From: an uncultured archaeon
GTDB taxonomy: Archaea > Thermoplasmatota > Penumbrarchaeia > JASLWR01
Assembly: GCA_964430885.1 (NCBI GenBank)
Contig: CAYSHM010000011.1
Location: 14,178-78,177, forward strand
DNA: 64,000 nucleotides
Direction of reading: 5' to 3'
Of this stretch, positions 10,397 to 21,103 are shown one piece after another (within the stretch, counting starts at the first letter, position 1; each line of letters begins with the position of its first letter). The notes beneath the pieces are model-generated. The model was not told the origin of the DNA, did not search any database, and saw only the letters and a program-made list of their open reading frames with translations. The position numbers were made by a program, and so were the translations under genes.

Positions 10397-10978
10397 TTAT
10401 TCAATCAGGGCGGTCATTTCGCCGTAGTCCGAGGATACTTTCTTTCTGATCTCAAACTTGCATTTTATACATGCGAGTAAACGTCCGCGCCTTTGGAATG
10501 TGTTACCGCATGAATGGCATACTGATTTCATGATACCCATATCTTCCTGGGCCGTTGAAACCATGATGGATGGTTCAACCTGGATTACCAACCCTTTTAC
10601 TATATCATTTTCAGACATTTCGTTCTCAATGTTATTGATATGTTTTCGGGATATCATTGATAAATGTATTCTTGCCCTTTTGCTTTTGAATATGGGCCTG
10701 AACTTCTGCCGGGGTTTTTTTTTCTTGTAGTATATGTCAATAAAAACATGATTCTTTGAAAACTTCGATACCCTACCAAGTACAGTATCGTTTTTTTGGA
10801 CATCTTCACAATAAGAACCCGTCGGGATAACTTCTACAAGCATTTCCTCCTGATCGACCATTTTCATCCCTTTCACAGAGGAAAATATTCTGCCGGATTC
10901 AACAAAGGTTCCCTTTCCAGGTAAGTATTCCTCACATGATGCTATGTAATCACCAGGCAGCAATGGTTTTTCTTTCAA
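10397..10978 (-). CDS. csl4: Exosome complex RNA-binding protein Csl4
   Basis: LPGDxIxxxEEYLPGKGT N-domain, S1 domain, C-terminal CxxC..CxxC..E.RKKVSSDYG zinc ribbon. Confidence 0.85.
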   Translation of the reverse strand: MKEKPLLPGDYIASCEEYLPGKGTFVESGRIFSSVKGMKMVDQEEMLVEVIPTGSYCEDVQKNDTVLGRVSKFSKNHVFIDIYYKKKKPRQKFRPIFKSKRARIHLSMISRKHINNIENEMSENDIVKGLVIQVEPSIMVSTAQEDMGIMKSVCHSCGNTFQRRGRLLACIKCKFEIRKKVSSDYGEMTALIE

Positions 10979-11235
10979 TTAATGTCCTCCGTCAATTGAG
11001 AAGTAATTCCGAGACAGTTTATGTAACTACTGGAACAATGAAATATTTTTTCCAATTCAATTTCAAAATAATAAAAACATCCCCTGAGGGATTATTGGAG
11101 CAAATCAAGGAAAAAAGAAAAAGGAAGGAGAAGGTACACATCTCCAATTCATAATTAGAATGAATTTGTTTCTACTTATGTCAATTTACAGAGAGATCGT
11201 ATGAATCATCTGAATGTTCCTGAGTCGATCCAAAA

Positions 11236-12213
11236 TCAGACCAATTTTATTCTTCCAACAATAGGCTCGAAGATACTTCCGTTGTTGTAGAGATCTTCCA
11301 TTATCTGACTGAGTGTCTCTTTGTTCAATCCGTTATTGAGGCCTTCGGTCACGATTTCATCCCAGGAAGCGCCGTCTTTTTCCTGATCCTGCTGGTCCAC
11401 ATCCTTGATAATTTTCAGGACCAGGTTCTCCAGTTCCTCCTTTGTTGGTCCGGCATCCTCCTCGGATCCATCTTCTTCTGTTTTGCTGTCCGAACCATCG
11501 CGTGTATTATCACTTGGATAGGTTTCAAAGGAGGTCATGTATTCATCTTTTTCCTTCATATCCTGAAAAGCTTCCAGATCGGATATTCCATCCTTCTTGA
11601 GCACTGTGGAAAGAGCGGATACCGAGTTTTTAAAGAAAGGTGTGGTATCGATCTCACCATAATATTCCAATGCCAGCATAGCACCCTCGCTTTCAGCTTT
11701 GGTGAACCCGAGATTATTGAGTTCTTCCGCTGAGGGCTGATGCATCTTCAGTGCTTCCCTGTAGGCCTCTATCCTTCTGACGGTAGTTTTTGCAGTCTTA
11801 ACGAACCAGTAATCTCTGGCTTTTTGATCTATAGTTTTAATCATTTCAGGACTTATGGATACTAGAAGTCCCCCCCCTTCAGGTTCGAAGCTTCTCACCT
11901 TTCCCATTACAGCAACATAGGATGGGAAATCAATATCGCTTAGAGTCGTTGCCATATTGGGATTGAACTGTCCCGCTGTCAGATAGAAGGTCCCAGTGGT
12001 ATCTGATACCTTTGCTCTGAAGAATGGCTCCTCATCGCTTCCTCTGTTCTCAACGTCTATCAGAACTCCGCAGAGATATATCCTGTTCATTTTGGAGCCT
12101 AAGGGACTGATGACATAATTGGGTGAATACTCTCCTTCACCTCTTGTCCTTATGTTCGAACGGTTGAACTCCTCTGCAAATACTCGGTGTGCCCTCTCTC
12201 TTCCAATGCTCAT
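11236..12213 (-). CDS. RPA-associated / RPA32-like protein (OB fold + C-terminal winged helix)
   Basis: RERAHRVFAEEF, SPLGSKMNRI, DTTGTF..AGQF, acidic linker, terminal GSIFEP. Lies 4 bp downstream of rpa. Confidence 0.82.
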   Translation of the reverse strand: MSIGRERAHRVFAEEFNRSNIRTRGEGEYSPNYVISPLGSKMNRIYLCGVLIDVENRGSDEEPFFRAKVSDTTGTFYLTAGQFNPNMATTLSDIDFPSYVAVMGKVRSFEPEGGGLLVSISPEMIKTIDQKARDYWFVKTAKTTVRRIEAYREALKMHQPSAEELNNLGFTKAESEGAMLALEYYGEIDTTPFFKNSVSALSTVLKKDGISDLEAFQDMKEKDEYMTSFETYPSDNTRDGSDSKTEEDGSEEDAGPTKEELENLVLKIIKDVDQQDQEKDGASWDEIVTEGLNNGLNKETLSQIMEDLYNNGSIFEPIVGRIKLV

Positions 12214-12217
12214 ATTA

Positions 12218-13843
12218 TCATACTCCTAGTTCCTCTAAAAAATCTGCGGCTTCCCTTTCAGGTGAAAAATCAGTGAAATCGAGAGACCGTGCGATCATCA
12301 TTATTCCGTATTCGTCGCAGGTGACGTTACCTCTAACTGTTATGGGTTTGGCAACTAAAAGGTCAAAGAGCTTATCAGCAAGAAAATCAGGATTTCTCAT
12401 ATTCTCCTTAGTTAGTTCAATGGCCTGCTCCAAATTCGTTTCAAGCATATTTTCAGTAATATTCCTGCCGGCAATTAGCTGAACAGCTCCAGTACCATCA
12501 TCCAATATGGCCTTTATCCTGAGGTCAGGTTCACCTTCGACCTTCTTATGAATGGTGCAGGAGTCCTTGTGGAGTATCCTTCGGCATATTGGACAGCGCC
12601 ATATTAGTCCGCTACCCTTCTGGATGTCGAGGATGACACCCTCAACCTTTATGTTCATTCCCCCCTCGCTCTCAATGAGTTCCTCTATGGTTCGGAGGTT
12701 TTCTCTGCAGATCTCTTCAGTGTCCGGCAGCTCCTTCCGATCTAGTTTAGTCACGGTGGTGTTGTCACCAAGGGTTAACTGTGGTCCTCGCCATTGTTTG
12801 ACATAGGATCCTTTGATTTCCACTACGTCATCCTTTTCCAGTTCGAAATCCTTCCATGCGGTGAAGCTGCAGGTTCCGGTGTCATCACCGCAAATTCCGG
12901 AGAACATAATCTTGGTTCCCCCCTGAACATTTACTTCTCTGCTGTTTACCTCGATGATCCTGACCTTGATATTCACATACTCCATTCCATCTTTAAGGTC
13001 TTCCACCTTGAAATGGGAAGGTGCGATGTCATCAGCGTCCTCTCCTACCATCTTTTTGATCTCGGTGGAATTGTTGAATCCTAATTGAACCCGGTCGTTC
13101 CAGGTCTTGGTGTAAGCATTTTCGATCTCTAAAATATCCCCAACCTCGTATTCGAATTTATCCCATGCACTGAACTGAACTGAACCAGTTTTATCTCCGA
13201 GTATACCGCTGAAAACGGTTCTTGGCTGTCCATCAACCTCAACACTACGCTCTCTAATGTCCAGTATCTTACCTTTTACTACAAGGTTGCCCATGCCTCC
13301 TTGCAAGTCTCCAATTTCTGCCTTCACCGACTCGAAATTTTCGGATGAGGGTATTTCACCTATTGATTCAGCCGGTACCCTTTCAATAGATACACGGTTG
13401 CCAAGATTAATCTGCAACCGTCCTCTGAACTTATCCTTGACGTAGGCATTCTTGATTAAGACCGCATCTCCTTTCTGGAGTTCAGTATCGCCCCAGAGCG
13501 TAAAGGGCAGTACGCCTGTGGGATCACCCATTAGACCGTAGTGAATAATTCGTTCACTTTCATCAAATGAGATGGTTTTGGGATTTATGGCCAATATCTT
13601 TACCTTGAGGTTGATGGAGGGTTCATTCTCCGTCAAGCTCATAAGTGTTCGGGGCATTCCCAATTGATCAGTATCTCCGCCGTAGTTCTTGACTATCGCT
13701 TTTTTTGCCGAGGGAAGGTCTATCAAGAACTTCTCAGTATATTCCAATAATTTTTCTTCAATTATCTTTCGGTCAACTTTTCCGCCTAGCACCTTTTCTA
13801 TCTCATCAATATGAGGTGCGATATTATTTCTTTGATTTAACAT
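12218..13843 (-). CDS. rpa: Replication protein A large subunit (multiple OB folds + Zn finger)
   Basis: Repeated OB folds (GDxTG motifs), RCPIC..CTIH zinc finger, DLRIKAILDDGTG. Start moved to the ATG behind GGAGGT. Confidence 0.9.
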   Translation of the reverse strand: MLNQRNNIAPHIDEIEKVLGGKVDRKIIEEKLLEYTEKFLIDLPSAKKAIVKNYGGDTDQLGMPRTLMSLTENEPSINLKVKILAINPKTISFDESERIIHYGLMGDPTGVLPFTLWGDTELQKGDAVLIKNAYVKDKFRGRLQINLGNRVSIERVPAESIGEIPSSENFESVKAEIGDLQGGMGNLVVKGKILDIRERSVEVDGQPRTVFSGILGDKTGSVQFSAWDKFEYEVGDILEIENAYTKTWNDRVQLGFNNSTEIKKMVGEDADDIAPSHFKVEDLKDGMEYVNIKVRIIEVNSREVNVQGGTKIMFSGICGDDTGTCSFTAWKDFELEKDDVVEIKGSYVKQWRGPQLTLGDNTTVTKLDRKELPDTEEICRENLRTIEELIESEGGMNIKVEGVILDIQKGSGLIWRCPICRRILHKDSCTIHKKVEGEPDLRIKAILDDGTGAVQLIAGRNITENMLETNLEQAIELTKENMRNPDFLADKLFDLLVAKPITVRGNVTCDEYGIMMIARSLDFTDFSPEREAADFLEELGV

Positions 13844-14336
13844 ACGTTTACCTCCAATTTTTATCACCCGACCTTCTTTTCTCACATTTTGTTGCCGGGC
13901 AAACCAAGTATTGCACTTATTGTTTATATAGCTTTAGAAGAGGGTGAGAGAGGTGAGTAAAAGTAAGTTATGCCATTCTGAAACACCGTTAAAAAGGGAA
14001 TAAAGATATGGGATATCACTAGAATCTATATTAAATCCGATGTAAAGCAGCTTCGATCTTTCAATGCAATTTGAATAATAGCAGTCCAGGTTATTCTGGC
14101 ATAGTAAATTTAAGGTGAATATAACATTGTGATATTTTTATAATTAAAATGTAAAATGACCCAAAATAAATAATATATTCGTGTGTATATTAGTTTAGTC
14201 CATATTCAATAATATCATAATCAATTGAGTGATATATATTTGATGTCAATAAGTGGTAGGTTCTGCAATGAACCTTGTAAATGAAGTTATTATCGATCAG
14301 ACCATATTCTTAATTCCCTTAAGGGAGAGTATATTA

Positions 14337-17300
14337 ATGATAATAAAAAAACAAAATGTTCTAACAATCATAGTATTATTGTTTTTGATCAGCCCAGTCG
14401 TTCTGACCGCAGACCTCAACGCTTCAGGCATTCCCGATTCCCGTGATCAAAAGAAATGGACCTTTATGGTATATCTTGATGCTGATAGTAATCTGGACCC
14501 TTACGGACATGATGATCTTGCTGAAATGAAGGCTGTCGGTTCGGATTCAGATATCAATATCATCGTTCTTTGGGATGGTGCACCGAACAATGACGGGGCT
14601 CTGTATTATGTTACACAGGGAGATGTGGATGAATTCCCTGTTTCCGATGCTGGCATCCCTAATGAACCGGATATGTCCAATCCCAGCACGCTGGATTCAT
14701 TTCTCCAGTGGGGATTAACGAATTACCCCGCGGATCATTATCTGCTGTCCCTTTGGAACCACGGCAATGGCATATTCAGAAATAATGAGGAACCGGTAAC
14801 AAAGGGTTTCTGTGGTGGAATGAAGATATGGGAACTCAATCAGGTGCTTGGAAATGCCAAGACCACTGCTGGAAAAAATATTGATATTGTGGGATTCGAC
14901 GCCTGCCTGATGGGTGCTATAGAGACGCATTATCAGATGGCCCCCTTTGTGGATTTCGGGATTGCTTCAGAGGCTACTGAACCGGGTCCTGGGTGGGATT
15001 ATGAAACCCCTCTGGAAGCACTATCTAACAATCCCAATATGAGTCCATCGAATTTTGCCACTGAGATAGTCAACAGTTATGTGGATTATTACAATAGCGG
15101 AACAATCACTCAAGCTGCTATTGATCTCAACAGGCTTGTTTCTCATTTTATGCCCCTTCTCGAGAATGTAACTGTGGACCTAATCAATTATATGTATTAT
15201 CATGAATCCGCTATCCAAACTGCAAGAAGCAATGCCCAGACCTTTAATGGTTATACCAATATGCGGGACCTTTACGATTTCGTCAGGAACCTGCAGCAAA
15301 CAGGCTCGCTTCCAGCAGTTCTAAGGAATGATGCCTCGGCCCTCTTGAATGAATTCCCCAATACGGTAATTGCAGAGGGCAATAAAGGTGTGACTGAAGC
15401 CCATGGGATGGTGATCTATTTCCCCACAGACGGTCCTTCCTCAACCTATCAGAACAATATCGATATGGCAGCGGGTTCCATGTGGGATGAGTTTCTTGAG
15501 GAATATGTCAATCCCAAGGAACACTATGATGTGGTTGTGGAGCTTTACGATGACGACGGTGATGGACATAATGATGATGTTAAGATAACCATTCAGAATT
15601 TCGTTGCTGAGCCAGCCTCCGGATCGGAGGTATGGGTGGATCAGGTAAGTATTGGAACAACGGATGGGAATGGGGTGATACTGCATTTGGATTCCCCTAA
15701 GGGAATGCATCAGGTAAGGGCTAGGGTGGGAAATCTAGACATTTACGGTCAATTCAAAGTAATCAATAGAGTCCCCGCAGCCGGAGCGATCATTCCTGAT
15801 GCCATAGACGCAGGGCAGAGCATAGTATTCGACAGTTCATTGTCATCAGATCCCGACGGGGATACTCTGTCCTATGAATGGACCTTTGGTGATGGGGGTG
15901 GTTCTCCTCTGGCAAATCCGGAACATGTTTTCCAGGATGATGGTGTTTTTACGGTCACACTTGTAGTGATCGATACTGATTCGGCAGAGTCAGACCCCTT
16001 TACATTCGATATGACGGTGAACAACCTAGCTCCGGTTGCTGATGCTGGGACTGCCCCTACTGGGAATGAGGATGAAGTTATCTACTTCGACGGTTCTGCT
16101 TCTGAAGATACGCCCCAGGATAAAGCGAATCTTGAATATAGGTGGGATTTCGGGGATGGTCTAAGTACGGCCTGGTTATCTTTTTCATATGTGAACCATA
16201 CCTTTACAAATGATGATGTTTCAAATTCTTCCAAGACCTACAATGTGGTGCTGTCTGTCAGGGATGACGATGGTGAGATTTCCACTGATACATTGGAAGT
16301 AGTGATAGATAATGTGGTCCCTGTAGCCGACGCGGGAATGGATTTCACCCTTTATGAGGACGAGATCGCCTTCTTTGACGGACGCAATTCCTCCGATTCA
16401 ATATCCGATCAGGCCTCATTGGTATTTGATTGGGATTTCGATGACTCCGATGGGTTGGACTATACCGATGCTGAAGGTGCTGAAGTAAGTCATGTGTTCC
16501 ATACCTCGGGAAATCAAAAGGTAATGCTGCGTGTTACTGATGACAACGGAGATTTTTCTACTGATGCTGTCCATGTCAATGTTGTAAATCGAAACCCTGA
16601 AGCTGTTGTTACGGAAGAGTATATGGATGTAAATGAAGGAGAGATATTACTTCTTGACGGCAGTCTTAGCGAGGATACGCCCTCTGACCTTCAATTGCTG
16701 GAATATGAATGGTCTCTGGATAATGGTATGTTCTGGTATGGAGAAGAGGTCAACCTTACTCTAAATACCAGTGGGGTCTACAATGCTACTCTTACAGTTA
16801 AAGATGATGATGGGGCCTCGGATTTTACTACATTCAGGATCAATGTATCAAATCTAGTGCCAATGGCCTTTCTGACAGTGGATCAAAATCAGATCTATGA
16901 GGATTCAACGTTCATCCTGAATGCAAGCAGGACCACGGACACACCCAATGACCTGCCGAATTTAATGTATCACTGGGACCTGAACCATAAAGATGGGGTT
17001 CAATTTTCTGCAGAGAAAACCACCAATACTCCATTTCTGGAGTATATCTATACTTCCAGCGGCACTAAGGAAATCATTCTGAAAGTGGTTGATGACAATG
17101 GTGCATGGGATACTACTGAGCTCATCATTTCCGTGGAGAATATTAAACCCGAAGCCAATCTTACCCTTATCACTGAAAATATCGTTGAAGAAAAATCCGC
17201 CCTTTTCGATGCCAAGAACTCCACTGATACTGAAAGCGACGCACCTTCCCTTATCTATAGATGGTATGTTAACGGTGAGCTTGTTGATGAGGGTAATTCT

Positions 17301-17972
17301 ACTCTAACATATGTTTTCAAGGATCCAGGCGTTCAAACGGTACGGCTTGAAGTAATAGATGATGATGGTGGTAAGGATGAAGCGATGATGTCGGTGGATG
17401 TGGCGAAAAAGGAAAGTGAAGGTATTGGAAATATGCTCATCTCCCCAACCTTTGCCAATGGGGGTTTGTGGCTCTACTTTGTGATAATCATACTCGTAGC
17501 AATACTTCTCATAGCGGTCCTGGTGGCGCGGAAGAGGAAAAATAAACGTGAACCCAAATCAACAAAACCTGATAAGAAGGGATCTAAGAAATCAGAACTA
17601 AGGAAGAAGACCCCTGAGGAAAAGAAGTCCGAGTATGATAAATTATACGGCCCCCCTTCGTCATCAGCCAGCACCTTAAAGAGAGGTACTGAGAATAATT
17701 ATTACCAAGATGAATACGGTAATGAAGATATCAGCAATGAGTTCTTCGAACCTGGTTCAACCGAGACTCAGGATGATATTGATTTCTTTGATGATGGGGA
17801 TGTAATCATGGAATTTGATGACGAACCTTCAGATTATCAGGGAACTGATTTTGACCAGGGGAAGGATGATGACGGGATATCGTGGTCCTCATTTACAGAA
17901 ACGGATATGGATGATGATTCCACTTCTGAAAAGGATGATTTCGCCAAGGTTTTTGATGACTGGGATCTGTGA
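14337..17972 (+). CDS. Clostripain (C11) peptidase with ~6 PKD domains, C-terminal TM and acidic tail
   Basis: KWTFMVYLDAD, LWNHGNG, GFDACLM, repeated WDFGDG/DDDG PKD motifs, TM followed by RKRK. Confidence 0.88.
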   Translation: MIIKKQNVLTIIVLLFLISPVVLTADLNASGIPDSRDQKKWTFMVYLDADSNLDPYGHDDLAEMKAVGSDSDINIIVLWDGAPNNDGALYYVTQGDVDEFPVSDAGIPNEPDMSNPSTLDSFLQWGLTNYPADHYLLSLWNHGNGIFRNNEEPVTKGFCGGMKIWELNQVLGNAKTTAGKNIDIVGFDACLMGAIETHYQMAPFVDFGIASEATEPGPGWDYETPLEALSNNPNMSPSNFATEIVNSYVDYYNSGTITQAAIDLNRLVSHFMPLLENVTVDLINYMYYHESAIQTARSNAQTFNGYTNMRDLYDFVRNLQQTGSLPAVLRNDASALLNEFPNTVIAEGNKGVTEAHGMVIYFPTDGPSSTYQNNIDMAAGSMWDEFLEEYVNPKEHYDVVVELYDDDGDGHNDDVKITIQNFVAEPASGSEVWVDQVSIGTTDGNGVILHLDSPKGMHQVRARVGNLDIYGQFKVINRVPAAGAIIPDAIDAGQSIVFDSSLSSDPDGDTLSYEWTFGDGGGSPLANPEHVFQDDGVFTVTLVVIDTDSAESDPFTFDMTVNNLAPVADAGTAPTGNEDEVIYFDGSASEDTPQDKANLEYRWDFGDGLSTAWLSFSYVNHTFTNDDVSNSSKTYNVVLSVRDDDGEISTDTLEVVIDNVVPVADAGMDFTLYEDEIAFFDGRNSSDSISDQASLVFDWDFDDSDGLDYTDAEGAEVSHVFHTSGNQKVMLRVTDDNGDFSTDAVHVNVVNRNPEAVVTEEYMDVNEGEILLLDGSLSEDTPSDLQLLEYEWSLDNGMFWYGEEVNLTLNTSGVYNATLTVKDDDGASDFTTFRINVSNLVPMAFLTVDQNQIYEDSTFILNASRTTDTPNDLPNLMYHWDLNHKDGVQFSAEKTTNTPFLEYIYTSSGTKEIILKVVDDNGAWDTTELIISVENIKPEANLTLITENIVEEKSALFDAKNSTDTESDAPSLIYRWYVNGELVDEGNSTLTYVFKDPGVQTVRLEVIDDDGGKDEAMMSVDVAKKESEGIGNMLISPTFANGGLWLYFVIIILVAILLIAVLVARKRKNKREPKSTKPDKKGSKKSELRKKTPEEKKSEYDKLYGPPSSSASTLKRGTENNYYQDEYGNEDISNEFFEPGSTETQDDIDFFDDGDVIMEFDDEPSDYQGTDFDQGKDDDGISWSSFTETDMDDDSTSEKDDFAKVFDDWDL

Positions 17973-18040
17973 GGGAAATATTGAACTCTAGTGGACGATC
18001 ATTTCATATCAAAAATAATAGCAGGTATACCGTGTATATT

Positions 18041-18637
18041 TCAGCCAATGCTAATAGCTTTCCAGATTATTTCGTTCGCATGTTCTAAAGCTTCTAGTCT
18101 GTACATGTTTCCCAATAGGTCCTCACCAAGTGTCACTGAACCATGCCTCTTGAGTATAATCGTATCGTGGTCAGCTATCAGAGGTTCGATGGATTTAGGG
18201 ACATCATCCGTACCAGGTTGAACAAATCCGCATACGCCAATTTTTCCGCAGTACAGAGGAACCTCCGGTAAAACAGGCTTATTGAAATCAAAATCTTTCA
18301 GTGATAGAGCAACAGTGTGTATGGGATGAGCATGGATTATACTGTTAACATCCTTTCTTTTACTATAAATTGTAAGATGCATACCAAACTCTGTTGAAGG
18401 TTCCAGGTTTTCCGGATTGACCAAAATATTCCCCTGCAAATCCGTTTCAATTATCATATCCTTTTGGAGCCGTCCTTTACAGAATCCTGAAGGAGTTATG
18501 AGGATATTTTTGTTTGAAAGCCTCATGGACAGGTTTCCTTCGTATGATGCTATGAACCTTCTTTCATACATCCGTTTACCGATCTGACAGATTAATCGTC
18601 TTTTTACGGTTCTTTCTTCATCCAGATCCAGGTTCAT
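18041..18637 (-). CDS. Class II aldolase/adducin family (fuculose-1-phosphate aldolase-like)
   Basis: EGNLS, ITPSG, PSTEFGMH, IHAHP, LKRHG. Confidence 0.88.
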   Translation of the reverse strand: MNLDLDEERTVKRRLICQIGKRMYERRFIASYEGNLSMRLSNKNILITPSGFCKGRLQKDMIIETDLQGNILVNPENLEPSTEFGMHLTIYSKRKDVNSIIHAHPIHTVALSLKDFDFNKPVLPEVPLYCGKIGVCGFVQPGTDDVPKSIEPLIADHDTIILKRHGSVTLGEDLLGNMYRLEALEHANEIIWKAISIG

Positions 18638-19004
18638 ATCAACACCTCATACGATGAAATATGTTCTTAGTTCCATCTATTATTTGTGCAATAATGTTTC
18701 AAAGCAGATAAATATAATTCAACTCCGCATTCTATTGAGAAATCCAAACAATTCTCCAGAAATCTATCTTCCCATAGACATTATATGTAATTATGTAATG
18801 ATATTTTTTTCTTTAAATTGAATATGAATTTTAAATTGTTGTAGTAATTATAGATATTCTAATAATTCGGAATTTATTTTATACTGAATTAATGGCTTCA
18901 ATAGTTTTAAATCTCCTGGAGTATTTTGCTTGATGAATTAAGCAATATAATAGTTACATACTTTTCTGCTTGCTTACCCATAAATAAACAAAGGGAGCGT
19001 TAGG

Positions 19005-19820
19005 ATCGAAGGAAAACGTAAAGATAGAAAGGGTGCTGGATCCCGAGCTCGTCCGCTTGTTTCAATCGTGATTCCAGCTTGGAATGAGGAAGGGATTATT
19101 AGAGATACATTGACCGCTTATTGTTCGTACTTTGGAAATCGTTATCCCTTTGAGATCATAGTCATAACCGACGGTTGTACAGATAATACCGTTGATATTA
19201 TCAAAGAGACTTTGAAGAAATCCCCCAATATCCGGCATTTTGATTATCCTCATAAACTCGGAAAGGGTGGAGGAGTATTAAAGGGATTCAAGAAAGCGGA
19301 GGGCAGTTTTATATCCTTTACTGATGCAGACGGGGCTACCACTCCACAGGATCTAGATAAATTGATAAAAACAGCAAAGAAAATCGATGGTGCTATTGGG
19401 TCCAGATGGATGGCGGGTTCGGTTCAGTTGAAAAGTCAGCCCTTGAGCAGAAAATTGGCTAGTAGAGGATTCAACTTTTTGGTCCGATTACTATTTCATT
19501 TTCCCTACAGGGATACGCAGTGCGGTGCAAAAGTGTTCAGATCCGAGGTTATTAGGGACATCCAGAACGACATAGGTATAAATAATTTCGCTTTCGACGT
19601 TGATCTGCTTTACAAGATACATAAAAAGGGATATGATATAAGAGAAGTGCCAATTAATTGGACGGATCATTCGGGATCCAGTGTTGATATAAGAAACGTC
19701 ATTCCAAGAATGTTCATTTCCATATTGGGTCTTAGATTAAAAACGACTCCCCTATGGAAATTAATGCCGAAATGGCTTGAGATATCCATTTACCGTCTGA
19801 TAAGCGGCAAAGGAGGATAA
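19005..19820 (+). CDS. GT2 glycosyltransferase (dolichol-phosphate hexose synthase-like)
   Basis: VSIVIPAWNEE, DGCTDNT, GKGG, FTDAD, DTQCGAK. Start uncertain: proposed ATC at 19005, while the first GTG (19068) falls inside the conserved first strand. Confidence 0.85.
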   Translation: MEGKRKDRKGAGSRARPLVSIVIPAWNEEGIIRDTLTAYCSYFGNRYPFEIIVITDGCTDNTVDIIKETLKKSPNIRHFDYPHKLGKGGGVLKGFKKAEGSFISFTDADGATTPQDLDKLIKTAKKIDGAIGSRWMAGSVQLKSQPLSRKLASRGFNFLVRLLFHFPYRDTQCGAKVFRSEVIRDIQNDIGINNFAFDVDLLYKIHKKGYDIREVPINWTDHSGSSVDIRNVIPRMFISILGLRLKTTPLWKLMPKWLEISIYRLISGKGG

Positions 19821-19824
19821 TCTG

Positions 19825-20925
19825 TTGAAATTACTTTTCATGAACTGGAGGGATATAAGTCACCCTGAAGCAGGTGGCTGTGAACTGCATCTGCATGAGA
19901 TAACCAAAAGGTTAGCTAAATGGGGTCATGACATAACGCTTTTCTGCGGTGCCTATGAAGGATCCAAGGAAGAGGAGGTGGTAGACGGCATCAGGGTAAT
20001 AAGAAAAGGAGGCCCCTATACAGTTTATTTCAGATCTGCCCTTGATTATATATTCCGGTTGAGAAAGAAAAGGTTCGATATTGTTGTGGATGACATTAAC
20101 GGTGTTCCTTTTTTCACACCTTTCTACATAGGCCGGCCCAAATTGGCCATACTGCATCATCTGGTGAAGGATATATTTTTCAGAGAGCTTCCAGTCCCTC
20201 TGAGACCCGTTGCCTATCTGGCAGAACGCTCTATTCCAGTTTACTATGGAAGGACAAAATTCGTAACTGTTTCGGACAGCACAAAAAATGAGATGATCGC
20301 AGCCGGAATTCCATCAGATAATATCCATGTCATTCACAATGGTATATCTGGCGATTATTCTCCGGATAAAAATAATCGTTCTCAATTTCCCCATCTGGTT
20401 TACCTGGGACGCCTGAAAGCATACAAACAGCTAGATCACCTCTTAAAGGTTGTGGGCATCCTTAAGAATGATTTTAAGAGACTCCACCTCTCTATTGCTG
20501 GGACCGGTGATGCGGAGGAGGATCTGAAGAAGAAAGCCGGAGAATTGGGAATTGGGAATATGGTGGATTTTTTGGGATTTATATCTGAAAAAGAAAAAGT
20601 TGAACTCCTTCAAAGTGGCTGGTTATTTGTTACACCGTCGGAAAAGGAAGGTTGGGGTCTTACAGTAATCGAAGCCAATGCCTGTGGACTTCCCACTGTG
20701 GGCTATGATGTACCAGGGTTGAGAGATTCGATAAAAAAGGATAAAACCGGATTGCTCGTGGAGAATATGGAGCCGAAATATCTTGCTGAAGGAGTTAGGG
20801 AGTTATTGTCCAATGATGGCAGAAGGGAAAAAATGGCTGAAAATGCACTGAAATGGTCTGAGAATTTCAGCTGGGATAAGACAGCTAGAAGGTTTTTGGA
20901 TCTAATTTCAGAAGAAATGTTATGA
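19825..20925 (+). CDS. GT4 glycosyltransferase
   Basis: NWRDISHPEAGG, GRLKAYK, EGWGLTVIEANACG. TTG start behind GGAGGA. Confidence 0.9.
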   Translation: MKLLFMNWRDISHPEAGGCELHLHEITKRLAKWGHDITLFCGAYEGSKEEEVVDGIRVIRKGGPYTVYFRSALDYIFRLRKKRFDIVVDDINGVPFFTPFYIGRPKLAILHHLVKDIFFRELPVPLRPVAYLAERSIPVYYGRTKFVTVSDSTKNEMIAAGIPSDNIHVIHNGISGDYSPDKNNRSQFPHLVYLGRLKAYKQLDHLLKVVGILKNDFKRLHLSIAGTGDAEEDLKKKAGELGIGNMVDFLGFISEKEKVELLQSGWLFVTPSEKEGWGLTVIEANACGLPTVGYDVPGLRDSIKKDKTGLLVENMEPKYLAEGVRELLSNDGRREKMAENALKWSENFSWDKTARRFLDLISEEML

Positions 20926-21103
20926 GAATTCCTTTTCTCAACTCCAAGAAATTAATAATCAATGTTCTATAGTAGCTTATTCATAAATAACGGGTTTTTA
21001 TTATTGAAAAATGATATGTATAATTAGACACCTGTTAAAAACCCAAAAAATGGATTTAAGGAATAATCGGATGACAGCGCAGTAAAGAGAAGCGGGTATT
21101 GAA

